A stretch of DNA of 48,079 bases. Origin: Clostridiaceae bacterium (GTDB taxonomy: Bacteria; Bacillota; Clostridia; Clostridiales; Clostridiaceae). Each line of letters starts with the position of its first letter. Positions within the stretch are counted from its first letter, which is position 1. The notes beneath the pieces were generated by a model that did not search any database, was not told where the DNA came from, and worked only from the letters and a program-made list of their open reading frames with translations. The position numbers and the translations under genes were made by a program. This document shows, in pieces, positions 38,781 to 47,793 of this stretch. Location of the stretch: assembly GCA_041891535.1 (NCBI GenBank), contig JASDTM010000116.1, forward strand, positions 9,473 to 57,551, read 5' to 3'.

Positions 38781-40061
38781 ATGTACAATTTCAACCTTAC
38801 AGAGGATACGGCAAAAAAACTTGACTATGAAGATCCGCTTAAAGCCTTCAGGGAAAGGTTCTATGTGGATGAGACAAGAATATACATGGACGGAAATTCA
38901 CTGGGACTGTGCTCCAAGGATGCCGAAAAACACTTACTTGAGGTGCTTGAGGTGTGGAAAAAGGATGCCATAGAAATTTGGGGAGCTAAAGGCGGTAAAT
39001 ATTTAAATTACTCCCAGTTCCTTGCCGATAAGATGGCCTTTTTACTGAATGCCGACAAGGATGAGGTTGCGGTTGTGGGAAGTACAACGGTAAATATTCA
39101 TCAGACCATTGGTACTTTTTATAAGCCTACTAAGGACAGGTATAAGATTCTGGTTGATGATATAAATTTCCCCACTGACAGATACGCCATAGAGAGTCAA
39201 ATCAGGCTCAAGGGCTTGGATCCGGATGAAGTGCTGAAGGTCATCGAAAGCTCGGACGGATCCCTGATTGATGAGGATAAAATCATTGAGGGAATGACTG
39301 ATGATGTGGCAATAGTATTCCTGCCTTCTGTACTATACAGAAGTGCCCAGCTCCTGGACATGAAGAAAATATCGGTAGCTGCCAAAAGTAAAGGGATTTT
39401 GATTGGCTGGGATCTGTGTCACTCAATAGGAGCGGTACATCACGACTTCAGAGCTATAGACCCTGATTTTGCAGTGTGGTGCACCTATAAGTATCTTTCT
39501 GCAGGACCGGGAGCCAATGCCGGACTATTCATAAACAGGAAGCATTTTGGTATGAAATCAGCCCTGGCAGGATGGTTTGGAAATGAAGCGGAGACAAGAT
39601 TCAAGCTAAGCAACGAGTTTAAACAGGATAAAACTGCCAAGGGGTGGCAGATAGGAACCCCAAGTCTTTTATCCATGGCACCACTGGAAGGAACATTGGA
39701 TATATATAATGAAGCGGGGATGGATAGAGTCAGGGAAAAGTCCCTGAAGATAACGAGCTACCTGATGTACCTCATAGACAGTGAGCTAACTGATTACGGC
39801 TTCGGAATAGGAAACCCCAGGGAAGACGATAAAAGAGGCGGCCATGTTTGCCTGACCCATGATGATGCATACAGAATAAACATTGCAATGAAAGAGAAGG
39901 GGATAATCCCGGACTTCCGTGAACCGAATGTCATAAGGCTGGCACCCATTGCACTTTATGTCTCCTATATGGATGTTTATAAAATGATAGGGGTAATAAA
40001 AGAGATCATGGATAACAAAGAGTATGAGAAGTTCTCCGATAAAAGAGGCTTGGTTGTTTAA
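38781..40061 (+). CDS. kynU: Kynureninase
   Basis: YMDGNSLGL, NFPTDRY, GWDLCHSIG, DFAVWCTYKYLSAGPG, GWFG, RGGHV, PDFREPNVIRLAP. Confidence 0.9.
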   Translation: MYNFNLTEDTAKKLDYEDPLKAFRERFYVDETRIYMDGNSLGLCSKDAEKHLLEVLEVWKKDAIEIWGAKGGKYLNYSQFLADKMAFLLNADKDEVAVVGSTTVNIHQTIGTFYKPTKDRYKILVDDINFPTDRYAIESQIRLKGLDPDEVLKVIESSDGSLIDEDKIIEGMTDDVAIVFLPSVLYRSAQLLDMKKISVAAKSKGILIGWDLCHSIGAVHHDFRAIDPDFAVWCTYKYLSAGPGANAGLFINRKHFGMKSALAGWFGNEAETRFKLSNEFKQDKTAKGWQIGTPSLLSMAPLEGTLDIYNEAGMDRVREKSLKITSYLMYLIDSELTDYGFGIGNPREDDKRGGHVCLTHDDAYRINIAMKEKGIIPDFREPNVIRLAPIALYVSYMDVYKMIGVIKEIMDNKEYEKFSDKRGLVV

Positions 40062-40074
40062 TTCAATAAAATAT

Positions 40075-40118
40075 AAAAAAGTCAGCCCCGGTGATGTGCT
40101 CCGCGGGCTGAACTTTTT
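40075..40118. terminator. Bidirectional terminator
   Basis: AAAAAAGTCAGCCCCGG..CCGCGGGCTGAACTTTTT between convergent genes. Confidence 0.75.
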
Positions 40119-40136
40119 AGTTGAATCAATGGGATA

Positions 40137-40664
40137 TTATCTTCTAACAGTATCTGCCGTTTTGTTAAAACCGGCTTTTTCCAGAGCCATTACTACAATG
40201 GGAATGAAGATAAGTTGTATCAGCATACCAGGGATACCGTTGATCAATGCTCCGGTCATATAAACCTGAGGTGACAGCTTAAGGCCCAGCATTGGCTGAA
40301 TTGTAAATACTGCGGCGGCCAATATCAATCTGCCGATAATCATAGCCCCCACCAGGGATATATACACGTTCAGCTTCAAGGTCTTATAAAGAAAACCTGC
40401 TGCGAAGCCATAGGCTGCCAATTCAAACATCATGAAGTAGGTTATTGGAACCTGTGGCATTCCTGTCAATGCTGCGCTTAAAAGAACAGTTATAACTCCT
40501 ACAAGTGCACCTGAAGGAGCACCAAGGAAGAAGCCTGCCAGCAATACCGGGATATGCATCGGTAAAAAGATCGGTCCTGTTCCTCCGAACATATGAAATG
40601 CCTGGGGAAGCAACAATCCAAGAGCAATAAATACTCCTGAGAATACTAGTTTTTTTGTGTTCAT
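40137..40664 (-). CDS. ECF transporter S component (substrate unknown)
   Basis: 175-aa hydrophobic protein; GVFIALGLLLP..GPIFLPMHIPVLLAG; PGMLIQLIFIP. Confidence 0.8.
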   Translation of the reverse strand: MNTKKLVFSGVFIALGLLLPQAFHMFGGTGPIFLPMHIPVLLAGFFLGAPSGALVGVITVLLSAALTGMPQVPITYFMMFELAAYGFAAGFLYKTLKLNVYISLVGAMIIGRLILAAAVFTIQPMLGLKLSPQVYMTGALINGIPGMLIQLIFIPIVVMALEKAGFNKTADTVRR

Positions 40665-40696
40665 ACCTTCTCCTTTAAAACTGCATGGATTCCATG

Positions 40697-41131
40697 CTAT
40701 TTTTTCTGGAGACTACTCGAGTTGTCATAAAGTGATGATAATTCGTATATCACACCGTCCAATAGCTCAGACATCTTCCTGTCATTTATACATGGGATAT
40801 ATACATTACACCTGTTCAAGGGGATAAGAATCTTTGGTACATCGGCATTACCGATTGCAAATGCAATCTCCGGAGTTATTTCACCCATTACGGAGTTTGG
40901 TATGACTATGGCCATAGGTCCTACAATGGCATCTACCTTAGGTGCATTGATTATTATAGGATTCGTTCCTGTTGCACCCTTGTCTGCACCTGCCTTAAGC
41001 ATTTCCGATGTGGCAATAGAATTGGTTCCGAGCGCAAGTATCTCAATCTCTGAGAGTTTGCTTTTTCTGATTTTCTCAACCAGGTTTTTACCTATTCCTC
41101 CACCCTGACCGTCCACTATGGCGATTCTCAT
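40697..41131 (-). CDS. DUF3842 family protein
   Basis: IVDGQGGGIG, ALGTNSIATSEMLKAGADKGATG, SVMGEITP, KILIP. Confidence 0.8.
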   Translation of the reverse strand: MRIAIVDGQGGGIGKNLVEKIRKSKLSEIEILALGTNSIATSEMLKAGADKGATGTNPIIINAPKVDAIVGPMAIVIPNSVMGEITPEIAFAIGNADVPKILIPLNRCNVYIPCINDRKMSELLDGVIYELSSLYDNSSSLQKK

Positions 41132-41268
41132 TTTTTGCCTCCGCTTGATTCATGTTCCATGCATAAATATACTATACTGTAAATAGAGCTATGCTTAATT
41201 ATATCAGCAAGTTCTTTTAATAACCATATGAAGAGGTTTCCGTTTGTAACATAAATTGGAGGTGTATT

Positions 41269-42042
41269 ATGGATATTTTGAAAATGGCAGGTATTTTAAA
41301 AGCTGCTGAGGATGGGAAGACTCCTGTGGACCCTGTGACTTCCTTTTGGGAGGATATTGATTTATCCGAGGCTTATGCAGTCCAGGTGGAAAACATAGAA
41401 GAAAAGATCAAGGAAGGAGACAGGATCACCGGCATGAAAATCGGCTTGACAAGCCGGGGCATGATGGAGCTGGTTGGAGTAAATGAGCCGGACTTCGGTC
41501 ACCTTTTGGAATCCATGGAGGTATCAAACAGGGGAGAAATCAAACGTGCTGACCTTTTACTGCCAAAGGCGGAGGGGGAGCTTGCTTTTGTTCTAAAGGA
41601 GGACCTCAAAGGTCCGGGTCTGACCTCTCAGGATATTATAAATGCAACGGCTTACGTTGTACCCTCAATCGAAATAGTGGATTCAAGAATAAAGGATTGG
41701 AAAATAAAGCTTTTGGATACAGTGGCCGACAACGGATCAAGCTCAAGATATATTCTGGGGGATACTAAACATAATCCAAGGGAAATTGACATGAAACTTA
41801 CCGGAATGCTCATGGAGAAGAACGGAAAGTTGATAAATTCCGGAGTACTTGCCGAGGTATTTGGCAATCCTGTGGAATCAGTTGCCTGGCTTGCGAATAA
41901 GCTATCGGAATTCGGTATAGTCCTGAAAAAAGATTATGTCATTCTGTCCGGGGCAGTTACTGCAGCAGTTCCTGCAGATAAGGGTGATACCTTCAAGGTG
42001 AGCTTCCAGGGTATGGGAGAAGTTGAGGTAACTTTTATTTAG
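41269..42042 (+). CDS. 2-keto-4-pentenoate hydratase-like protein (MhpD / FAH superfamily)
   Basis: AYAVQ, GMKIGLTS, EPDFG, PKAEGELAF, EIVDSRI, DTVADN, GNP..SVAWLAN. Confidence 0.82.
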   Translation: MDILKMAGILKAAEDGKTPVDPVTSFWEDIDLSEAYAVQVENIEEKIKEGDRITGMKIGLTSRGMMELVGVNEPDFGHLLESMEVSNRGEIKRADLLLPKAEGELAFVLKEDLKGPGLTSQDIINATAYVVPSIEIVDSRIKDWKIKLLDTVADNGSSSRYILGDTKHNPREIDMKLTGMLMEKNGKLINSGVLAEVFGNPVESVAWLANKLSEFGIVLKKDYVILSGAVTAAVPADKGDTFKVSFQGMGEVEVTFI

Positions 42043-42057
42043 ATAAAAATCATTAAC

Positions 42058-42111
42058 AAAAAACAGACTCCCCGAATTTGGATAAAACCAAATTCGGGGG
42101 AGTCTGTTTTT
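42058..42111. terminator. Bidirectional terminator
   Basis: AAAAACAGACTCCCCGAATTTGG-ATAAAA-CCAAATTCGGGGGAGTCTGTTTTT. Confidence 0.85.
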
Positions 42112-42128
42112 AATCTTCTAAGCTTTCA

Positions 42129-42836
42129 TCAGTCTGCAAGCCTGCTTTTTCTATAGGCATAAACGAAGAAGATTATGAATATTATGATATTTATGAATAT
42201 AATTGCAAATTTATCCGGTGTGAAATTTGAAGGGGTAAGATCCTGCAGCAGGCTATAAATCTGCTGTGTAAAGGAAAATTTTGCAATACTCTCAATAGTT
42301 TTATTGAACATGGAAAGCATGGGTAAAAATGAGAACAGGAGCATGAAAGGAGTTGCAATTGATGTTGCACTCATTTGATTCTGTGACATTATACCTATAC
42401 CGCAGCCTATGAAGTAGGATGCAAAAGAACCTAAAATCATGACTCCCATGTACATAATAAGCTTCATGCCTGAAATCCCCCCAATCAATGCCATTGCAAG
42501 TGCACCCAGGGAAGATGCGAAAACAATAAACAGTGCAATACCTATCAGATACTCCATTGGCTTAACATTTGCCATGATAAGTGTTCTCAGGGTGTTTTTT
42601 TCCTTCTCTTCTCCGATGATTGCAGCTGAATTCATAAGCGGGATCATACCCACATACATGGCTGAGAACATTATTACAAAATAGTTGTCAGGCATCTCGG
42701 ACAGGTTCTTGCCCATAGCCTGGGTCAAGACGAGAGTCATTAAAGGGAGTAATATGAAGTTTGCCAAAACAGTTTTGTTTTTCAACGTATCCTTAATCTG
42801 CTTTGTAAAAACGGCTGAAATTCTTCTTATTTTCAT
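42129..42836 (-). CDS. ABC-2 type exporter permease
   Basis: About six TM segments; EEKEKNTLRTL motif; follows the ATPase. Confidence 0.85.
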   Translation of the reverse strand: MKIRRISAVFTKQIKDTLKNKTVLANFILLPLMTLVLTQAMGKNLSEMPDNYFVIMFSAMYVGMIPLMNSAAIIGEEKEKNTLRTLIMANVKPMEYLIGIALFIVFASSLGALAMALIGGISGMKLIMYMGVMILGSFASYFIGCGIGIMSQNQMSATSIATPFMLLFSFLPMLSMFNKTIESIAKFSFTQQIYSLLQDLTPSNFTPDKFAIIFINIIIFIIFFVYAYRKSRLAD

Positions 42837-42838
42837 GA

Positions 42839-43693
42839 TTACACCAACTTTCTTCCGGTTAAGGAAATAAACACGGTTTCCAGGTCAGGCTCCGAGGAAT
42901 GGATGGAATCTATTTGATTTGTTTTAATAAAATCGGAGAGTATATCAGCCGATTTTTCATCCATGGACAGTACTTCTTCTTTTCCGTTCTTTAAAAAAAC
43001 GTGGATCTTCTGATCGGTGTTGTACTTTGAACAAAGGGCTTTTGGAGTATCCAGTTCTATTATTTTACCTTCATTCAACAGGGCTACTCTGTCACAAAGG
43101 TTGGTTGCCTCTGTCATGTTGTGGGTGGTAAGGAAGACTGTTGCTCCCCGGTCTCTTAAATCAAATATTATTCTGTGGATTTCCTGTGCCGTTGCCGGAT
43201 CCAGGCCGCTAGTGGGCTCGTCCAAAAACAACAGTGAAGGATTGTTGATAATTGCCCTTGCAAATACAAGTCTTTGAGTCATACCCTTGGAAAGCTTTGA
43301 AACAACCTTCTTTGAAGAATCCTCAAGCTGTACTGCCCTCAACGACTTTCCGATTTCTGATTTGTTTATACCGAATATATCGGTGAAGACCTTCAGGTTA
43401 TCGTAGGCTGTAAGCCTTGTATATAAACCTGTGGTGTCTAAAACCATACCTATTTTGGCGTATACTTCATCAGGGATTCTTTCTGTATCATATCCGAATA
43501 TAGATGATTCCCCTTGAGTTGCATTCAGCTGGCCTGTAAGAATTTTGATCATGGTTGTCTTACCTGCTCCGGAGGGTCCCAACAGTCCGAAGATTTCCCC
43601 CTTCGGAACCGTAAGGGATACGCCGTCCAGGGCTTTTTTGTCTCCGAAAACCATTTGGATATTTTCCATAAAAATGATTTTTTCGTCTGTCAT
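42839..43693 (-). CDS. ABC exporter ATPase
   Basis: GPSGAGKT, LSKGMTQR, FLDEPTSGLD, TTHNM, EPDLETVF. Confidence 0.9.
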   Translation of the reverse strand: MTDEKIIFMENIQMVFGDKKALDGVSLTVPKGEIFGLLGPSGAGKTTMIKILTGQLNATQGESSIFGYDTERIPDEVYAKIGMVLDTTGLYTRLTAYDNLKVFTDIFGINKSEIGKSLRAVQLEDSSKKVVSKLSKGMTQRLVFARAIINNPSLLFLDEPTSGLDPATAQEIHRIIFDLRDRGATVFLTTHNMTEATNLCDRVALLNEGKIIELDTPKALCSKYNTDQKIHVFLKNGKEEVLSMDEKSADILSDFIKTNQIDSIHSSEPDLETVFISLTGRKLV

Positions 43694-43822
43694 AATATCT
43701 GCTCCTGTCTCAAAGATGAATAGTCTTAGGTTTTATAGGTTTTAATTTAGCACCGGCAGATTAAATGAACGTTAAGCATTTGTCATTTAAAATGAACATT
43801 TTCTTACTTTTTTGCATAAAAT

Positions 43823-43849
43823 AAAACAGCCGGTTTTTACCGGCTGCTT
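43823..43849 (-). terminator. Terminator after the CofE-like gene
   Basis: Plus strand AAAA-CAGCCGGT-TTTT-ACCGGCTG, giving a U tract on the minus strand. Confidence 0.7.
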
Positions 43850-43908
43850 CTCAAAAAATTGATCTTTATTAATTGTTGTATCCCGGCTTACTGACCCGAT
43901 ATTGCCAA

Positions 43909-45099
43909 TTAAATACTGTAGTTATCAAAGTAACCCTGGATGTATATAATAGGTGTTCCCTTATCTCCTGAGCCTGAAGTCAAATCACAAAGTGAGCCTA
44001 ATAAATCTGTAAGCCTTCTTGGTGTTGTACCCTGGGCTTCCATTTTACCTGTCAGGTTTGCATCCTTGTCATGTATATGCTTTTCTATGGCATGCTTTAG
44101 TTCGTCTCCTGAAAGGTTGCTGAAATTATTGTCTGCAAGGTATTTTATTTTAACTTCATTAGGTGTTCCTTCAAGTCCTGAAGTAAAGGCTGGTGAAACC
44201 ACAGGGTCTGCAAGCTCCCAGATTTTTCCTACGGGATCCTTGAAAGCACCGTCACCATAAACCATGACTTCTATGGTTTTACCTGTCGCTTCCAAAAGCA
44301 TACCCTGAATCTTATAAGCAAGCTCTTTACAATCCCTTGGGAACAGCTTTACTGATTCTTCAGTTGCCTTGTTTGTACCAAGCAGGCCGTAATCTTCATT
44401 ATATCCGTGCTCATCTGTCTTTTCGCAAAGGATGTCGTCCAAGGAGTAAATCTTCTCTCCGCCTGCTGCAATGAGCTGATTCTTCGTTCTTTTCCTTGTA
44501 TGAATATCACAGTTTATGACATTTTTTGTGAATTTTAATATCTCTGTGGGATTGTTTGCGAAAATTACCTCGCATTCGGCACCCTCAGCCTTAACAAGTT
44601 CCTTATAGTAGTCTATATAGTCAATTCCCGTAAAGGTGTGCTTCTCATAACCAAAAGCTGCCCTGAATTTTTCCTCTGTTAACACATCTGCCCAGGGATT
44701 GATGCCTGACTGATCAAGCTTATCCAGGTATATCAGATGGTTTCCGACCTCATCAGCAGGGTAGGATAGCATGAGGATAATCTTTTTTGCTCCTCTCGCA
44801 AAGCCCTTTAGGTTAATAGCGAATCTGTTCCTGGACAAAATAGGATGTATAACACCGATAGTTTCTTTGCCAAACTTCTTCTCGATATCCTTGGCAATAT
44901 CATCAACTGAAGCATAGTTGCCCTGTGCTCTTGCAACTATTGATTCTGTTATTGCAACGATATCCTTGTCATTAGGCTTAACATTCTCAAGCTTCAGAAA
45001 ATTTTCAACTGTATCAGCGGTGATTTTCGCTATATCATCACCTTTTCTGATAATTGGAGCTCTTAAACCTCTAACTGTAGTTCCGACGATTCTTTCCAT
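43909..45099 (-). CDS. Coenzyme F420-0:gamma-glutamyl ligase (CofE)-like protein, long Firmicute type
   Basis: PIIRKGDD, ITESIVARAQGN, KLFPRD, VYGDG, GSLCDLTSGSGDKGTPII.IQGY. Confidence 0.75.
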   Translation of the reverse strand: MERIVGTTVRGLRAPIIRKGDDIAKITADTVENFLKLENVKPNDKDIVAITESIVARAQGNYASVDDIAKDIEKKFGKETIGVIHPILSRNRFAINLKGFARGAKKIILMLSYPADEVGNHLIYLDKLDQSGINPWADVLTEEKFRAAFGYEKHTFTGIDYIDYYKELVKAEGAECEVIFANNPTEILKFTKNVINCDIHTRKRTKNQLIAAGGEKIYSLDDILCEKTDEHGYNEDYGLLGTNKATEESVKLFPRDCKELAYKIQGMLLEATGKTIEVMVYGDGAFKDPVGKIWELADPVVSPAFTSGLEGTPNEVKIKYLADNNFSNLSGDELKHAIEKHIHDKDANLTGKMEAQGTTPRRLTDLLGSLCDLTSGSGDKGTPIIYIQGYFDNYSI

Positions 45100-45133
45100 T
45101 ACTTTGACCTCCGGGGATTAAAATAAATTTGTT

Positions 45134-45931
45134 TTACATGAACATAATTAATGATACTGCCATCAGCATCATACCAAATACAAAACCATAAACTGACAAA
45201 TGATGCTCTCCGTATTCCCTTGCAGAGGGCAGCAATTCATCGATGGAAATAAAAACCATGATTCCTGCCACGGCAGCGTTTACCATTCCCTGTAATGCCG
45301 GTGTGATAAAGGGCATAAGGATCAGGTATCCAAAAAGCGCGCCGATGGGTTCGGCAAGACCTGATGCAAAGGAATAATAAAATGCACGTCTTCTTGAGCC
45401 TGTGGCATGATATATAGGGACCGACACAGATATACCCTCGGGTATGTTATGTATGGCTATGGCTATTACGATAGGTATTGCCAGTCTTGGATTGTTTAAA
45501 GCTGTAAGGAATGTGGCCAATCCTTCTGGAAGATTATGTATTGCAAGTGCCAATGCTGTTTTTATACCGGTCCTCATCAGCTTACCATTTCTTGTTTCCT
45601 CTTCATAGGTGTCAGGGTTTTTGACATCATGGGGATTGTCCTTCTCGGGTATGACCTTATCAATTATGGCGATAAGAAGCATACCGATGAAAAAAGCTGC
45701 TACGGCTTTGATATTAGCAAGCCGCGGTGTTGAACCAACAGTAAGCTGAGCCACTGCTGAAGGAAATATCTCTATCATGGATATATAAATCATGACTCCT
45801 GCAGAGAATCCCAAGCTGATGGACAAGAACTTTGTATTGGTTTTTCTTGATATCAGAGCAATAAGACTACCTATTCCGGTTGACAGGCCTGCTATGGCTG
45901 TGAACATGAATGCAGTAAAGATATTGTTCAA
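45134..45931 (-). CDS. zupT: ZIP family zinc transporter
   Basis: AGLSTGIG, GFSAGVM, HNLPEG, HNIPEG, SGLAEP, DELLP. Start revised to TTG 45931 (AGGAGGTG SD). Confidence 0.92.
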   Translation of the reverse strand: MNNIFTAFMFTAIAGLSTGIGSLIALISRKTNTKFLSISLGFSAGVMIYISMIEIFPSAVAQLTVGSTPRLANIKAVAAFFIGMLLIAIIDKVIPEKDNPHDVKNPDTYEEETRNGKLMRTGIKTALALAIHNLPEGLATFLTALNNPRLAIPIVIAIAIHNIPEGISVSVPIYHATGSRRRAFYYSFASGLAEPIGALFGYLILMPFITPALQGMVNAAVAGIMVFISIDELLPSAREYGEHHLSVYGFVFGMMLMAVSLIMFM

Positions 45932-46028
45932 ATATTTCACCTCCTGTTCTTTAACATACATATTGTATCACTTTTCAGAATATGTAAAAGAAAAATGTAA
46001 ATACTAAATGTAAATCTTTTTGACTTTT

Positions 46029-46055
46029 TTCAGAGCAGGCTCTGAATGCTATAAT
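46029..46055 (+). promoter_or_regulatory. Extended -10 promoter with an adjacent palindromic operator-like site
   Basis: TTCAGAGC-AG-GCTCTGAA (46029-46046), then TGC-TATAAT (46047-46055). Confidence 0.55.
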
Positions 46056-46086
46056 GAAAGAGACTCACAATTGAAGGGAGCTATAC

Positions 46087-47751
46087 ATGGAAAGAAACTG
46101 GTGGAAGGAAGCTTCGGTTTATCAAATATATCCGAGGAGCTTTAAAGATACAAATAATGACGGAATTGGAGATCTCAGGGGAATAACCTCTAAGCTCGAC
46201 TATATAAAGAATCTGGGGATAAACGTGATTTGGATATCACCTTTTTTCGCATCCCCCAATGATGACAACGGCTATGACATAAGTAACTACAGGGAAATTC
46301 ATCCTGATTTCGGAACCATGGAAGATTTTGATGAATTACTCAGCGGAATACACGAAAGAGGTATGAAGCTTCTTGTGGACCTGGTGGTCAACCATTCTTC
46401 GGATGAACATCCTTGGTTTAAAGAATCAAGAAAATCCAGGGATAATAAATACAGGGATTACTATATATGGCGAGACGGGAAGAATGACGGTCCACCCAAT
46501 GACTGGGGCTCAGTCTTTTCAGGTCCTGCTTGGGAATATGATGAAAATACAGACCAATACTATCTTCACCTGTTCAGTAAAAAACAGCCTGATTTAAACT
46601 GGGAAAATCCGGTTCTAAGAAATGAAGTCTACGATATTATGAGATTCTGGCTGGATAAGGGTGTTGACGGATTCAGAATGGATGTCATAAACCTTATATC
46701 TAAAAAGCTGAATAAACCGGGTGAGGAAGGACCTGAAGTCAACCACATGGGCCCGAGACTCCATGAGTTCCTTCAGGAGATGAACCGGGAAGTATTAAGA
46801 AAATACGATATTATGACAGTGGGTGAGTGTCCGGGGACCACCGTTGAGGATGCAATAAAGCTTACCTCCCCGGACAGGAACGAGCTCAACATGATATTCA
46901 TCTTCGAGCACATGGATCTGGACAACGGACCATCAGGCAAATGGGAGCTGAAAAAGCTTGAATTAAAAGAGCTTAAGAAGACCCTTGGAAAGTTCCAGGA
47001 GGGACTGCACGGCAAAGCCTGGAATTCGCTTTATTTGAACAACCATGATCAACCCAGGATGGTTTCCAGATTCGGGAATGACAGTGAGAAATACAGGGAA
47101 GTATCTGCAAAGATGCTGGCTCATATCACCAACTTCATGGAGGGAACACCGTATATTTACCAGGGTGAAGAGCTGGGAATGACAAACCTGGATATTGAAT
47201 CAATGAAGGATATCAGGGATATAGAGAGTATTAATGCATATAATGCTTTAACATCCTCAGGAAAGATGACTGAAGAGGAAATGTTAAAGGCAATCAGAGC
47301 CAAGGGCAGGGACAATGCAAGAACTCCGATACAGTGGGATGACTCAAGAAATGCCGGATTTACTGAAGGGATTCCATGGCTGAAAGTAAACTCAAACTAT
47401 AAGGAATTGAATGCAAAAGCCCAGGTGAACAACCCTGATTCGGTGTATTCATACTATAAAAGGATATTAAGCTTAAGAGCGGAGCTGCCTGTTATAGTGT
47501 ATGGAAGATATGAACCTGTTTTTGAAGACAGTGAAGAGGTTTTTGCCTGGACAAGGTCCCTTGGAAGAGAGAAGCTTATCTGCCTGAACAACTTCACGGA
47601 CAAATCTGTTGAATTGGATATTGATTCAGTGGTTGTTCCGGATAAATATGAGCTATTAATTTCAAACTACGGGGATACAAAATACACCGGAGATAAAAAG
47701 CTGACTTTAAAGCCCTATGAAGCCGTAGTACTTTACTCAGAGGATATGTAA
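46087..47751 (+). CDS. malL: GH13 oligo-1,6-glucosidase / alpha-glucosidase
   Basis: YQIYPRSF, DNGYD, DLVVNH, QPDLN, GFRMDVIN, VGE, NHDQPR, YQGEE, RDNARTP. Confidence 0.88.
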   Translation: MERNWWKEASVYQIYPRSFKDTNNDGIGDLRGITSKLDYIKNLGINVIWISPFFASPNDDNGYDISNYREIHPDFGTMEDFDELLSGIHERGMKLLVDLVVNHSSDEHPWFKESRKSRDNKYRDYYIWRDGKNDGPPNDWGSVFSGPAWEYDENTDQYYLHLFSKKQPDLNWENPVLRNEVYDIMRFWLDKGVDGFRMDVINLISKKLNKPGEEGPEVNHMGPRLHEFLQEMNREVLRKYDIMTVGECPGTTVEDAIKLTSPDRNELNMIFIFEHMDLDNGPSGKWELKKLELKELKKTLGKFQEGLHGKAWNSLYLNNHDQPRMVSRFGNDSEKYREVSAKMLAHITNFMEGTPYIYQGEELGMTNLDIESMKDIRDIESINAYNALTSSGKMTEEEMLKAIRAKGRDNARTPIQWDDSRNAGFTEGIPWLKVNSNYKELNAKAQVNNPDSVYSYYKRILSLRAELPVIVYGRYEPVFEDSEEVFAWTRSLGREKLICLNNFTDKSVELDIDSVVVPDKYELLISNYGDTKYTGDKKLTLKPYEAVVLYSEDM

Positions 47752-47793
47752 CACAAATTTAGATTATCATTTTATTTTTTAAAGGAGGTCAAG

